Below the pieces are notes generated by a model. The model was not told where the DNA came from. It did no database searches and saw only the letters and a program-made list of their open reading frames with translations. From Chiloscyllium plagiosum (taxonomy: Eukaryota), in the NCBI RefSeq assembly GCF_004010195.1, contig NC_057759.1, forward strand, positions 8,059,145 to 8,079,144: a DNA stretch of 20,000 nt, in the 5' to 3' direction. Below are positions 1-10,788 of the stretch, piece after piece; position 1 is the first letter of the stretch; every line of letters begins with the position of its first letter. The position numbers were made by a program, and so were the translations under genes.

Positions 1-1876
1 GCAATTAAGGCCAAACTGCTGGGATTAGCAGACAAGCTAGAGTCGGAGTTACCTCCTTCTGTGAGGTAATTACATTAACGCTCAGCATTTAAATTTTCTG
101 GAAATGGCATCAGAATCTTTAGAGATGGCTAAAATTCAGTTGAAAATGAAGCAGCTTAAGTTAAAGGCAAACGACAAGGAAAGGGCAACAGAAATGAAAC
201 AGTTTGAATTATGATTAAAATCAGAGGAGAGAGAAAGAGGGAGAAAAGAGAGGAAAGGAAGAATGAGAGGGGAGTTTGAATTTCAGAAATTGGCTCTTAT
301 ACAGGAGTTCAATAATCCCCTTTCTGAAGTAGTGAGAACTCGTGTGGAAGAGCAGAGAGTTAAAGTGGCAAGATTAGCAGCTGAAATGGCTGATGATTAT
401 GAGTTGGCCCATAAATCAAAGTTTATCTTCCAAAATCGATTTCAATCCGTGAGAAACAGAAGTTTGTGAAATTGAGAAATCCTCACGTGGAAAGGGAAAG
501 GTGGACCTTGGTGAAGATCATAAAGATAACTTGCCACAAGATAAAAAAGAAACTCTTGAAAGAAAAAGAGAAGTTGAAAAGCTCTGGTGTTCTCACTGCA
601 ATAAAGTAAGCCACATGAAATAATAGTGTTCGGAAAAGCATTGGAAAGCCAGATATAGGAAAATAAGATAAGCCAGTGAATTTTGCTGGAATGGTAATGG
701 AAAGCACGGTGGAGGCTAGAAAGCTGCACCAGAATGTACAAGCTAGTCAAGAGGTTGGTTAAGGGGGAAGTGCCAGATAATATTAAACCATATACCTGCA
801 AAGGTAAAGTTTACGCACATTGGGCAGGAGTAGAAGATAAGAGATTAAGAGATACAGGATCCTCTCAATCTGTGATGTTGAAAGATGAGGGGATATGTAC
901 CTCTGAAGGACTATTGCCAGAAAAGGTGCTAGTAACAGGAATTCACAGTGAGACAAGAAGCGCTCTGTTATGTAAAGTGAGGTTGGAGTATCCAGTGAAG
1001 AGTGGAGAATTCGAGGTAGGAGTGCTGGACAAACACTCAGCTCCAGGAGTACAATTTGTCCTCCTAATGATACAGCTGGGTCACAGGTAGCTGTGGTCCA
1101 TACTGTGGTTGAAAAGCCAGTGGAAAGTTAGGCAACTCAATTATCGCAGGACACATATTTCTGGACGGCACGATAACGTGGTCACTAAGTCACGAGTTGA
1201 AACAGGAGAGATCAAAGAGTACAGATAAGAAAGTTGAAGTTGAATTAGTAGAGACCCTGTTTGATTAGATGGTTGACACAAACAAGGAACCAATGGATGA
1301 CACAGCTGACATCTTTCGCTCACACAAATCAATTGAGTTACAGCAGAAACCTGAAAATTTAAAGTAATTAAATCAAATGGCATACACAGGAAAAGAATAC
1401 AAATGTATCCCTGAATGTTATTATCTTAAAAATGATGTCTTAATGACGAAATAGAGACCATCACGCATTCAGGCAGATGAGAAATGGGCCAAAACTGAGG
1501 CATTCGCAAGTACTAAGATAGGCTGAAATAAAATGTAGGAGAAAGTGAGATGCTAGAGGTCAGAGTCGAGAGTGTGGTGCTGGAAAAGCATAGCAGGTCA
1601 GGCAGCATCAAAGGAGCAGGAGAATTGATACTTCATCAGGAATGAAGAAGGACTTATGCCCAAAACGTCGATTCTCTTACTCCTCGGATGCTGCCTGACC
1701 TGCTGTGCTTTTCCAGCACCACTTTCGACTCTGAAACAAAATGTAGTAGTGCATGTTTGCATGATTATTGTCAATGTACTGTATATGGATGTTGTAGTAC
1801 CCTAACAATTTGAGATTAAAGAGTTTTAAAATTAAGCCATCTTTCGATATTAATGGTTCATCTCTTTTTTAAGGGG
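1..1876 (+). mobile_element. Degenerate, internally deleted Gypsy/Ty3 (probably Gmr1-like) LTR retrotransposon internal region: gag, protease, start of pol
   Basis: E/K-rich gag segment; capsid-like LIQEFNN...VRTRVEEQRVK..AAEMADDYEL (263-469); broken zinc knuckle C-S-H-C-N-K-V-S-H-M-K-*-*-C (588-629, CX2CX4HX4C); aspartic protease LRDTGSSQS (DTG at 851-859); CIPECYYLKNDVLM at about 1403-1445. Many stops and frameshifts; no RT visible. Confidence 0.85.
1539..1734. mobile_element. Palindromic (inverted terminal repeat) Penelope-like element remnant inserted in the LTR element
   Basis: Arm 1560-1628 (tcagagtcgagagtgtggtgctggaaaagcatagcaggtcaggcagcatc...) is the reverse complement of 1668-1734. 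Flanked by direct repeats ctgaaataaaatgtag (1523-1538) and ctgaaacaaaatgtag (1731-1746). Penelope assignment is inferred from the hammerhead-like core. Confidence 0.7.
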
Positions 1877-2523
1877 TGTGACGATGCTGCCCCTTTAACA
1901 AGGTTATGGTGTTCTTGTTTTTTTTTCAAAGAGTTGTAAAAGACAGAGACTCTGAAAAATCTAAGTTAAAGGGTTTCGGGGCCAATTTGATTGTAGTTAA
2001 CAGATACTGCCTCAGGCAGAAGACTTTCAAGTTTAAAAATTGTACAATGAAAAGGGAGTCGCCAGTTCTCCCAGCTCAGCTTGGCTCTGGGTTAATTTGT
2101 TTTTTTTGCAGTCTGGCTTTTCACTGAAAGCAATCAGGCAGTATTTGAAGTTGCTGAACCCAAACAAGCAGGTCCATGCTGGTCCTCCCTCTCTGACATC
2201 TCTCCTGTAAGACGCTGTGTTTGGTTCTACCTTTTGTGCCAAGGGATATTTATGGAGATTGTTGCAAGTATTGGGAACAGCATCATTAGGTGGGGATGGT
2301 CTGTTGGGTCAGTAGGTTAAGTTATTCGCTATTGTGTTTTTTTTTTGTGTTTCATTCAGTAATATTGTAAGTAAATTCTGTTTTGCTTAAAACTAAGTGG
2401 TTTGACCTGCTGCATCCCTCCTAGAATATCCGTGTTACACCTGCTTAAAACATCTAACAAAGTTAGAGTCTGGGCTACCTTCTTGAACTGTTTTGTGGGT
2501 ATCTAGCCTGGTCCAGTATAATA
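1877..2523 (+). mobile_element. Putative 3' LTR of the Gypsy element
   Basis: Short purine tract aagggg (1871-1876) directly followed by TG (tgtgacgatg); non-coding; polyA-like agtaaa near 2370. The right boundary (ctggtccagtataata) is approximate and no second LTR is in the window. Confidence 0.6.
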
Positions 2524-3469
2524 GCTGGTCACTCTCTTATCTCCACTGATAGCCTAATTCTCACCCTGACTATCAAAACCCGCTCCCCAAGCCTTAGTTA
2601 ATTTGACTCTCGCTTCTACCTTCCAATGCTTATTCTGCCTAGTCACCACCACAGCACCAGACCTGAGGCTAATTGAAGCCATTAATGTTGCACTGCTGTC
2701 TACTGTTCCAAACACAAATTTGTCTCTTCTGCATTTGCCACAACTAGTGACCCTATCAGCAGAATTTAAAGGAGTAGTAGTTCTTGCTGGTTATAGTTAA
2801 CTGTTTGCCTGCGGAGTCAATACCATCAAACAGCAATAGTCCTATTGTAGCAGATGTAATTTTGGGATGTCTACCACCCTATTATTTCATTATCAAACAG
2901 ACTTAACAAATCAGAAGATGTGTGCTGGTATAGTTTAGCGCAGCTGAGAACGGAAATTAAAAGGTTAACAAGAAGGATTTGCTTGATGCAGGTGAGTGAG
3001 ATTAGAGTTTAGAAAAAGAAAATCCATGAGCAGTTCGAGCTTAGTGAAGCTAGTGGCCAGTGAAAAGCTGATGTTGTACCTAAGAGTGAAGACTGGAATG
3101 AAAATTCTAGAGTCCATCTGATCATACACCCAGAAAAGGAGGAGGATGACCAGAAATGGAGCAATCATTGAAACAGTCTACAAAAGAGAAGTTCTTGAGA
3201 CAGAATTTCAAGATTGCATTAGCAGAGATGAAGAATTGATAGTCTTTGTGAATGGTAAGGCAGTTTGAAGAATTACTGTATTAACACTTGTGGGGAATTA
3301 TTAAGAAATCCCTTAAGTTCTATATTGCTGGATTCTGCATTCAATGTTTTAAGTATACTGTGGGGTCCAAGATTGCAATTTGTTATCCATCTTTAAGACA
3401 TTTTAATTCTGTGTGCGACAATATAACTTGTAAATGTATTGTTGATTATATTTCTGTTCTAGTTTTGTA

Positions 3470-3925
3470 CAATACAGAACTGGCTCAAAGGCTCAAAGAC
3501 TTTGAGGGTGGTGGTGGAGGGTTGTTTTTCAGACTGGAGGCCTATGACCAGTGGGGTGCCACAAGGATGGGTGCCCTCTACCTTTTGTCATTTACATAAA
3601 TGATTTGGATGCGAGCATAAGAGGTACAATTAGTAAGTTTGCAGATGACACCAAAATTGGAGGTGTAGTGTACAGCGAAGAGGGTTACCTCAGATTACAA
3701 CAGAACTTTGACCAGATGGGCCAATGGGCTGAGAAATGGCAGATGGAGTTTAATTCAGATAAATGAGAGGTGGTGCATTTTGGGAAAGCAAATCTTAGCA
3801 GGACTTATACACTTAATGATAAGGTCCTAGGGAGTATTGCTGAACAAAGAGACCTTGGAGTGCAGGTTCATAGCTCCTTGAAAGTGGAGTCGCAGCTAGA
3901 TAGGATAGTGAAGAAGGCATCTGGT
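3470..3925 (+). mobile_element. CR1-type LINE reverse-transcriptase fragment
   Basis: GVPQG-like segment, FVIYINDLD, ISKFADDTKIGG, WAEKWQMEFN (ORF 3551-3766). Confidence 0.9.
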
Positions 3926-3939
3926 AATCATCTGGTGTG

Positions 3940-5802
3940 AAATCAAGTTAGCCAGGAAAGACTCAAAGAGAGAGCCAAGAGGGGACGTGAGAAGACTTTG
4001 GCAGGTAGAATGAAGGAAAACCCTAAAGCTTTCTAAACATATGTCAGAAATAAAAGAATGACTAGAGTAAGATTAGGGCCAATCAAGGACAGTACTGGGA
4101 AGTTGTGTGTGGAGTCAAGGAGATCAGAGAAGTGATAAATGAATATTTTTCTTTAGTACTGGAAAAAGACAATGTTGTTGAGGAGAATACTGAGATACAG
4201 GCTATTAGACTAGATGGGATTGAGGTTCATAAGGAGGAGGTGTTAGCAGTTCTGGGAAGTGTGAAAATAAATATGTCCTCTGGGCCAGATGGGATTTATC
4301 CTAGAATTCCCTGGGAAGCTCGGGAGGAGATTGCAGAACTTTTGGCTTGGATCTTTATGTCATCATTGTCGACAGGAATGGTACCTGAAAACCGGGGGAT
4401 AACAAATGTTGTCACCTTGTTCAAGAAGGGGAGTAGAGACAATCCTGGTAATTATCGACCAATGAACCTTACTTCGGTTGTGGGCAAAGTGTTGGAAAAG
4501 GTTATAAGAGATAGGATTTATAATTAATGTAGACAGGAATAAGTTGATTAGGGATTTTGTGAAGAATACGTCATGCCTCACAAACCTTATTCAGTTCTTT
4601 GAGAAGGTGACCAAACAGGTGGATAGGGTTAAAGTGGTTGATGTAATGTATATGGATTTCAGTAAAGTGTTTGATGAGGTTCCCTGTGGTAGGCTATTGC
4701 AGAAAACAGAGGCATAGAATTCAGGGTGATTTAGCAGTTTGGATCAGAAATTGCCTAGCTGAAAGTAAACAGAGAGTGGTGGTTGATGGGAAATGTTCAT
4801 CTGGAGTACAGTGACTAGCGGTGTACCATAAGGATCTATTTTGGGGCCACTGCTGTTTGTCATTTTTATAAATGACCAAGATGATGGCGTAGAAGGATAG
4901 GTTCATAAATTTGCGGATGACACTAAGGTCGGTGGAGTTGTGGACAGTGCCGAAAGATGTTGCAGGTTTCAGAGAGACATAGATAAGCTGCAGAGCTGGG
5001 CTGAGTGGTGCAAATGGAGTTTAATGGGGAAAGTGTGAGGTAATCACTTTGGAAGGAGTAACAGGAATAAAGAGTACTGGCTAATGATAAGATTCTTGGT
5101 AGTTGTGGATGAGCCGAGAGATCTTGATGTCCATGTGCATAGATCCCTGAAAGTTGCCACACAGGTTGTTAGAGTTTTTAAGAAGGTGTTCAGTGTGTTT
5201 GGTCTTATTGATAGAGGGATTGAGTTCCAGAGACATGAGGTAATTGTTGCAGCTGTACAAAACTCTGGTGCGGCCACATTTGGAGTATTGTGTACAGGTC
5301 TAATCGCTGCATTATAGGAAAGATATGGAAGCTTTGGAAAGGGTGCAGAGGAGATTTACCAGGATGTTGCATAGTATGGAGAGAACGTCTTATTAGGAAA
5401 GGTTGAGGGAATTGAGACTGTTTTCGTTAGAGAGAGGAATGTGGAGAGGTGACTTAATTGAGACATATAAGATAATTGGAGGGTTAGATAGGGTGGACAG
5501 TGAGAGCCTTCTTCCTTGGATGGAGATGGCTAGAACGAAGGGACATAGCTTTAAATTGAGGGGTGATAGATATAGAACAGATGTCATAGGTAGTTTCTTC
5601 ACTCAGAGTAGTCTGGGCGTGGAACGGCCTGTCTGCAACAGTAGTAGACTCGCCAACTTTATGGGCATTTAAATGGTCATTGGATAAACATATGGATGAT
5701 AATAGGATAGTGTAGGATAGATGGGCTTCTGATTGGTTCACAGGTTGGCGCAACATCGAGAGCCAAAGGGTCTGTACTGCGTTGTAATGTTCTCTGTTCT
5801 AT
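3940..5802 (+). mobile_element. 5'-truncated CR1-type (HER1-like) LINE, ORF2 pseudogene through 3' tail
   Basis: KENPKAF, GPDGIYPRI, LFKKGSRDNPGNYRP.NLTSVVGKVLEK, YMDFSK, KFADDTK, RVQRRFTRML, LFSLER..RGDLIETYK; ends gagccaaagggtctgtactg...tgttctctgttctatg. Frameshifted. Confidence 0.93.
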
Positions 5803-5950
5803 GGAACTTATTCTTTTTGAGCAATTAATTAAAATTGGAATCTACTGGGCTCCAGTAACATGAAGTGCAAAACAAAAATTGGCCACTTTTTCATTGACAA
5901 TATACTTTCTTTCAATCCTAATTGAACCTGATGACTTCTTTTGTTTCCAG

Positions 5951-6465
5951 GTTAAAATCTGTGAAGTGCAGATGCGGGGCACTCCAAGGGATCTATTACC
6001 TGGTGATCCTATCTGTAGTCCTGTAGCTACTGTCCTGGCAGAGGCCACTATTCAACTCATCCGTATTCTGCATCGTTCAGACAAATGGACTCACTGTATA
6101 AACAAAAATATGATGGACCGTTTGCAGAAAGTCAAATCTTGCATCAAAGAAATCAGCCAGAAATTAAAAAAGAGTCGCTCTGTGCAAAGTAGAGATGAAC
6201 ATGAAATAAAAGAAGAGAGTAAGGAGGAGGAAAAGAGCAAGTATAGCAAGCATGGTTTGGCAGAGCTCTCAGAAATCCAGCTGAGGACCCTGTGCACTGA
6301 GGTGTGGCCTGTACTCGCAGTAATTGGTGGTGTTGATACAGGTCTTCGAGTTGGAGGGAGGTGCATTCACAAGCAGACAGGGAGGCATGCTACTCTTTTA
6401 GGCGTACTCAAAGAAGGGAGCACTTCAGCAAAAGTACAATGGGATGATGCTGAAATAACAATAAG
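5951..6465 (+). CDS. HERC1: HERC1 internal coding exon A (end of SPRY domain and following region), 515 nt, phase 0 to 2
   Basis: Acceptor ttctttgtttccag|G at 5950/5951; donor AG|gtaggt at 6465/6466. Translates VKICEVQMRGTPRDLLPGDPICSPVATVLAEATIQLIRILHR...VWPVLAVIGGVDTGLRVGGRC...KVQWDDAEITI, which I recognise as vertebrate HERC1. Confidence 0.96.
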
Positions 6466-6830
6466 GTAGGTATGATATTAATCTTTAGTGGAGCTGATTG
6501 TTTTTGTTTACCAGTATTTATAATGCATATGGCCATGTCTCTTTCTATCTGTTGCGCTTGTGTATAAATTATACTTTTTTTTTCTGTTGTCCACAGTGAT
6601 TTATAGCAGATGTTGTTTTACGACATTTGAGGTTGTAACTGTAGTGTATGACAGGAAAACTGTTTCAGGAAATTCCATGCTTTTTAATAATCAAGATTTT
6701 AATGTAATTTATGCATGTAGATCTGTAAGCAATGCATTACAAACAAATGTGTTAACATATTCATGGAACACGTGTTCCCTGTGACTGGTCATATTTAAAG
6801 CAAGTGCAATCTTTGAACCCTTATTGTCCC

Positions 6831-6868
6831 TAGTGGTTAGCACTGCTGCCTCACAGTGCCAAGGACCC
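6831..6868 (+). mobile_element. 5' piece of an HE1-like tRNA-derived SINE
   Basis: tagtggttagcactgctgcctcacagtgccaaggaccc matches the head of the minus-strand SINE copy at 9817-10139. Confidence 0.7.
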
Positions 6869-6869
6869 T

Positions 6870-8092
6870 TTTGTTCCCTTATTTAAGAAAGGAAGCAGCG
6901 ATAATCCAGGAAACTATAGGTCAATGAGCCTGATGTCTCTGGTAGGGAAGTTCTTGGAGAAGGTACTGAGGGACAAGATATATGCAAAGTGGAAGAAAAT
7001 GGACTAGTTAGTGACGGGCAGCATGGTTTTATATGGTCAAAGTCATGTCTTACCAACCTGAATGAATTTTTTGAAGAGTTGACAAAAATAATTGATGAGG
7101 ATGTGGTTTATATGGACTTTAGTAAAGCATTTAATAAGGTCCTACATGGCAGATTAGTTCAAAAACTAAAATCACATGGGATTCCGGGTTGGCTGGCTAG
7201 ATAGATGCAAAACTGGCTGGGTCATAGAAGACAGAGGATAGCATTGAAAGGGTGTTTTTCAGTAACTATTGGTGTTCCACAGGAATCAATATTGGGTCCT
7301 CTGTTGTTTGTAGTAGATATAAATGATCTGGAGGAAAATGTGGGTGGTCTGATTCGTAAAGCTTGCAGAATGACATGAAAATTGGTGGAGTTGCTGATAG
7401 TACCAGCAATTGTGAAAGGATCCAACAGGATATAGATGGATTAGTAACTTGGGCACAGAAATGGCAAATGGAGTTTAATCCAGACAAATGCGAGGTGATC
7501 CATTTTGGAGGATCAAATTAAAGTGTGAATTAATCTTTAAATGACAGAATTCTTCGGAATATTAACATACTGACTGATCTGAGCATGCAGGTCCACGGTT
7601 ACCTAAAAGTGTTACACAGGTGGCCAAGGTGATTAAGGAGGCATATAGCATGCTTGCCTTCATCGGCAGGGGCAAGGAGTACAAAAGATGGCATATAGTT
7701 GGAGCTATACAAAAGCCTTGTTACATAATTATGAGAGGCATAGATAGGATGGATCGTCAGAAGCTTTTTCCCACAGTTGAAGTTTCAATTACAAGAAGGG
7801 ACAGGTTCAAGATAAGAGGAGGAAAGTTTAAGGGAGATGTAATGAGGGAAGCTTTTCCCACAGAGAATGGTAAGAGCCTGGAATGCGCTACCAGAAGAGG
7901 AGGTGGAAGCAGACACATTGGTGACATTTCAGAGGCATGTTGGTTACATGAATAGGGAGGGAATGGAGGGATACAGACTGAATTAGGGCAGAAAGTTTCT
8001 TATTTAGTTAGAGAAGGACGATCGGAGTTTAGTAAGGGAATGATGATCGGCACAAGCTTGGAGGACCTGTTCCTGCGCTATATGTTTTTCTA
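6870..8092 (+). mobile_element. 5'-truncated CR1-type LINE with internal deletion
   Basis: VPLFKKGSSDNPGNYR, QHGF..KSCLTNLNEFFEE, DVVYMDFSKAFNKVLHGRL, GVPQESILGP, WAQKWQMEFNPDKC; 3' end gacctgttcctgcgctatatgtttttcta. Confidence 0.9.
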
Positions 8093-8109
8093 CTTGTGTT
8101 CATTTTTAT

Positions 8110-8310
8110 CCTCAGGCTGTTGGAATTTGCACATTCTCCCTGTGTCTGCGTGGGTTTCCTCTGGATGCTCTGGTTTCCTTACCACGGTCCAAAGATGTGC
8201 AGGTCAGGTGGATTGGCCATGCTGGATTGCCCGTAGTGTCCAGAGATGTGTAGGTTAGGTGGGTTAGCCATTGGAAATACAGGGATAGGGTGGGGAGATT
8301 GTTTGGTGTG
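8110..8310 (+). mobile_element. Body of an HE1-like SINE
   Basis: ggaatttgcacattctccctgtgtctgcgtgggtttcctctggatgctctggtttcc...ccaaagatgtgcaggtcaggtggattggccatgct, homologous to the reverse complement of about 9945-10060. Confidence 0.85.
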
Positions 8311-8394
8311 CCAAATGGAGCCCTCCAATTACAGGCCTCCACTGGAGAATGCAGAAACAATTGTTTTTTGTTAATACATTAGTGAGCTGTGTGT

Positions 8395-8720
8395 GTTATT
8401 GGCTACCCAACATTATTGCCCGTCCCTAATTGCTGAGATGGCTGTTCAGAGTCAACCACATTGCTGTGGGTCTGGAGTCACATGTAGGTCAGACTAGACA
8501 AGGATGGCAGATCTCTTTCTCTAAAGGGCATAAGTGAAACAGTTGCTTTTACAACAATCGACAATAGCTATACAGTGGCATTAGACAAGCTTTTAATTCC
8601 AGATTTTATTGAGTTCAAATCTTACCATCTGTCACAGTAGGATTCGAACACATGTTCCCAGACTATTAATCTGAGTCTCTGGGTTACTCGTCCATTCACA
8701 TTACCAATATATCATCTCCT
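8395..8720 (-). mobile_element. SacSINE1/Deu-like tRNA-derived SINE
   Basis: Minus strand has a B-box-like gttcgaatcc (rc of 8640-8649), then aataaaatctggaattaaaagc, acatgtgactccagacccacagcaatgtggttgactct and gcaattagggacgggcaataa. The head is homologous to 18918-19000. Confidence 0.75.
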
Positions 8721-9007
8721 CCCACATATGCAAATTTAATTCAAAGTATATCCAAATATGTAAAGTCTGTCAGATTCACATACACTTATTAAGTGGTTAG
8801 TCATTTAATTAGCTCTGTGGCTGATTTTTTTTTCTCTGCAATTTTGATTTTTCTTCTTCAAAGTTGTCTGGCACAGATTGCTTTAGTTTTTCCTTTTTTT
8901 AATCTCAACAAATACATGCATTGATTACATTTCCTGTGTAAATTAAAGTAGTGGCTGTATTTTGAAATCATTTGCAAAGTAGCAGCTTTTACGATTGAAC
9001 AAAACAG

Positions 9008-9120
9008 CCCTCTTGTGGCTCAGTGATCGTGTCCCTACCCCTGAACCAGGAGGTCCAGGTTCAAGTCCCACCAGCTCCAGAGGTGTGTAATACCATCTCT
9101 TGAGTGGATTGATTAGAAAA
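9008..9120 (+). mobile_element. Short (about 115 bp) tRNA-derived SINE
   Basis: A-box-like tggctcagtga and B-box-like ggttcaagtccc; a diverged second copy lies on the minus strand at 19757-19858. Confidence 0.7.
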
Positions 9121-9816
9121 CAAAAGCCTCCCACAAAACCTAGTGCTCTTTGAATTCATCCACATTTCTGGCAACTGTTTGAATTTGGCACCACACTGCA
9201 GGGATCTCTAGGCATGCTGAAGCAATGATGTTAATAAGAATGGCAAGAAGCTAGTCACAGTGAAGTATTCTCACCGTTAATCAGAACATTTTAAGTACTG
9301 AATCCCTTTACTTTTAGTTTAAATTTTTAAATAACAAAATAAAAGATGGAAACAAAGATGAAAATTACAGTTTTTTTAATGGAGATTTTATCTGAGAATT
9401 TTACATTTCTGAAGTCTAAACTTAATTTTTAATGGGGGTGTGTGAGGATGTTCAGTGGTAATTGAGAACAAATATGCCATTAAACAAGTTGCATGCCTTT
9501 CAACAAGTTATAAACTTTTTCAAGGGTAAGACTAAGAATATAAGAGTGGGAAATTTTGCCATTTCATTAATTTTCCAATGATTACAAACTGGAGGAATCT
9601 CTATAACAAAGTGTAGAATTTCTCACAGTAACTTCTGTTTTTCTGGATCTGTACACTTACTGTCAAATTTAGTAGATTAATGATTACGACTACTAACATT
9701 TTAGTTGTCATTACCACCTCAAAACCCAGGCCTTTGTGTGACAGTATTGTCACAAATTGTGATTGGCTTTGAATATTGGTAAAGCCCCTGTTAATCAAAC
9801 CCATTGTACAGCTGTT

Positions 9817-10139
9817 GATTAGATTAGATTAGATTAGATTCCCTACAGTGTGGAAACAGGCCCTTCGGCCCAACCAGTCCACACCGACCCTCCGAAGAAT
9901 AACCCACCCAGACCCATTTCCCTCTGACTAATGCACCTAACACTATGGGTAATTTAGCATGGCCAATTCACCTAACCTGCATATCTTTGGAGTGTGGGAG
10001 GAAACCGGAGCACCCGGAGAAAACCCACACAGCCACTGGGAGAATGTGCAAACTCCACAACAGCCAGATGCTGGAATTGAACCTTGGTCCCTGGTGCTGT
10101 GAGGCTGCAGTGCTAACCACTGAGCCACCGGGCCGCCCC
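9817..10139 (-). mobile_element. Full-length HE1-like SINE with (TCTAA)n tail
   Basis: Minus strand: A box TGGCTCAGTGG (10118-10128), B box GGTTCAATTCC (10073-10083), core, LINE-like 3' end gggccgaagggcctgtttccacactgtaggga, and (gatta)n at 9817-9840 on the + strand. Confidence 0.9.
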
Positions 10140-10788
10140 AAATAGTGAGTCCCTTCATTTCAAATTGTGAATTAATTGGAGGCCATCATTGGAAAAATGG
10201 GAAGCCTCGCTCATTTTAAAAACATAGTGTTATAAAAATATAAAAATTTATGGGGTCGATCAATTTTTTAACTCATTCAGTTCCTTGCGTCTGAGTAATT
10301 ATATCTTAAGTGAAATGTTAAAAAATAATTGAGATGGCAAATATTTTTACGTGAATTATTTATTTTTCTAATTTATCTTGATCTTGACATCCCATTGTTG
10401 GATAACATTTGATTTTTTCCAAATTTAAATTGCGGTATTCTTATAATTTCTTTTTAAGGATATAAATGTAAATTCACTACTTGGGAAGCTGCTATGGAAA
10501 GGATTTAAGATTAATAGACATTTGAAAGTCTTGCTTGCATGTACAGTTTTGCTTCAAAATTAGAGTTTAAGATTCTAAGCTATTGAAAGAGAGTGATTCA
10601 TTTATCTTTATCTCTCCTCTCTTTAAAAAGTGAATTTTTACATATTTTACACTTACACCAGTCTGCTAATCCATAAAATTCATGTCTTTCTGCATCCGTA
10701 TGTTTATTCTTCTATAACTGTCTTCTGTACATTCCTCCTTTCTATCCCTCACTTGCTTTCATCCATGTCGTTCTGAATCTGATTAAAG

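Noticed and set aside
2944..2991. 48-nt open phase-0 segment (LRTEIKRLTRRICLMQ) between a CAG and a perfect donor CAG|gtgagt, a possible cassette exon
   Set aside because: No polypyrimidine tract, no resemblance to HERC1, and it would interrupt the SPRY domain. Such pseudo-exons are common by chance; only junction reads would rescue it.
3122..3270. Purine-rich open stretch with a donor-like ATG|gtaagg
   Set aside because: No recognisable protein similarity and a poor acceptor.
5879..5950. N-terminal extensions of ORF-track calls (also the starts at 10832 and 16543, and the 17127-17312 frame)
   Set aside because: Intronic read-through or wrong frame; splice sites and phase continuity define the true exons.
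6091..6366. Antisense ORF over exon A (also 11468-11686)
   Set aside because: Typical shadow ORFs opposite coding sequence, with no independent support.
3551..8092. Reverse-transcriptase ORFs as an active retroelement or a retron-like system
   Set aside because: All are truncated, frameshifted CR1 LINE pseudogene fragments in a vertebrate intron.
10073..10139. tRNA-like A/B boxes (also 9015-9070) as tRNA genes
   Set aside because: They are heads of SINEs continuing into repeat bodies; no clean cloverleaf seen.
6712..10541. Scattered TGCATG (RBFOX-type) hexamers in the exon A-B intron
   Set aside because: Few, unclustered and not clearly above chance without conservation data.
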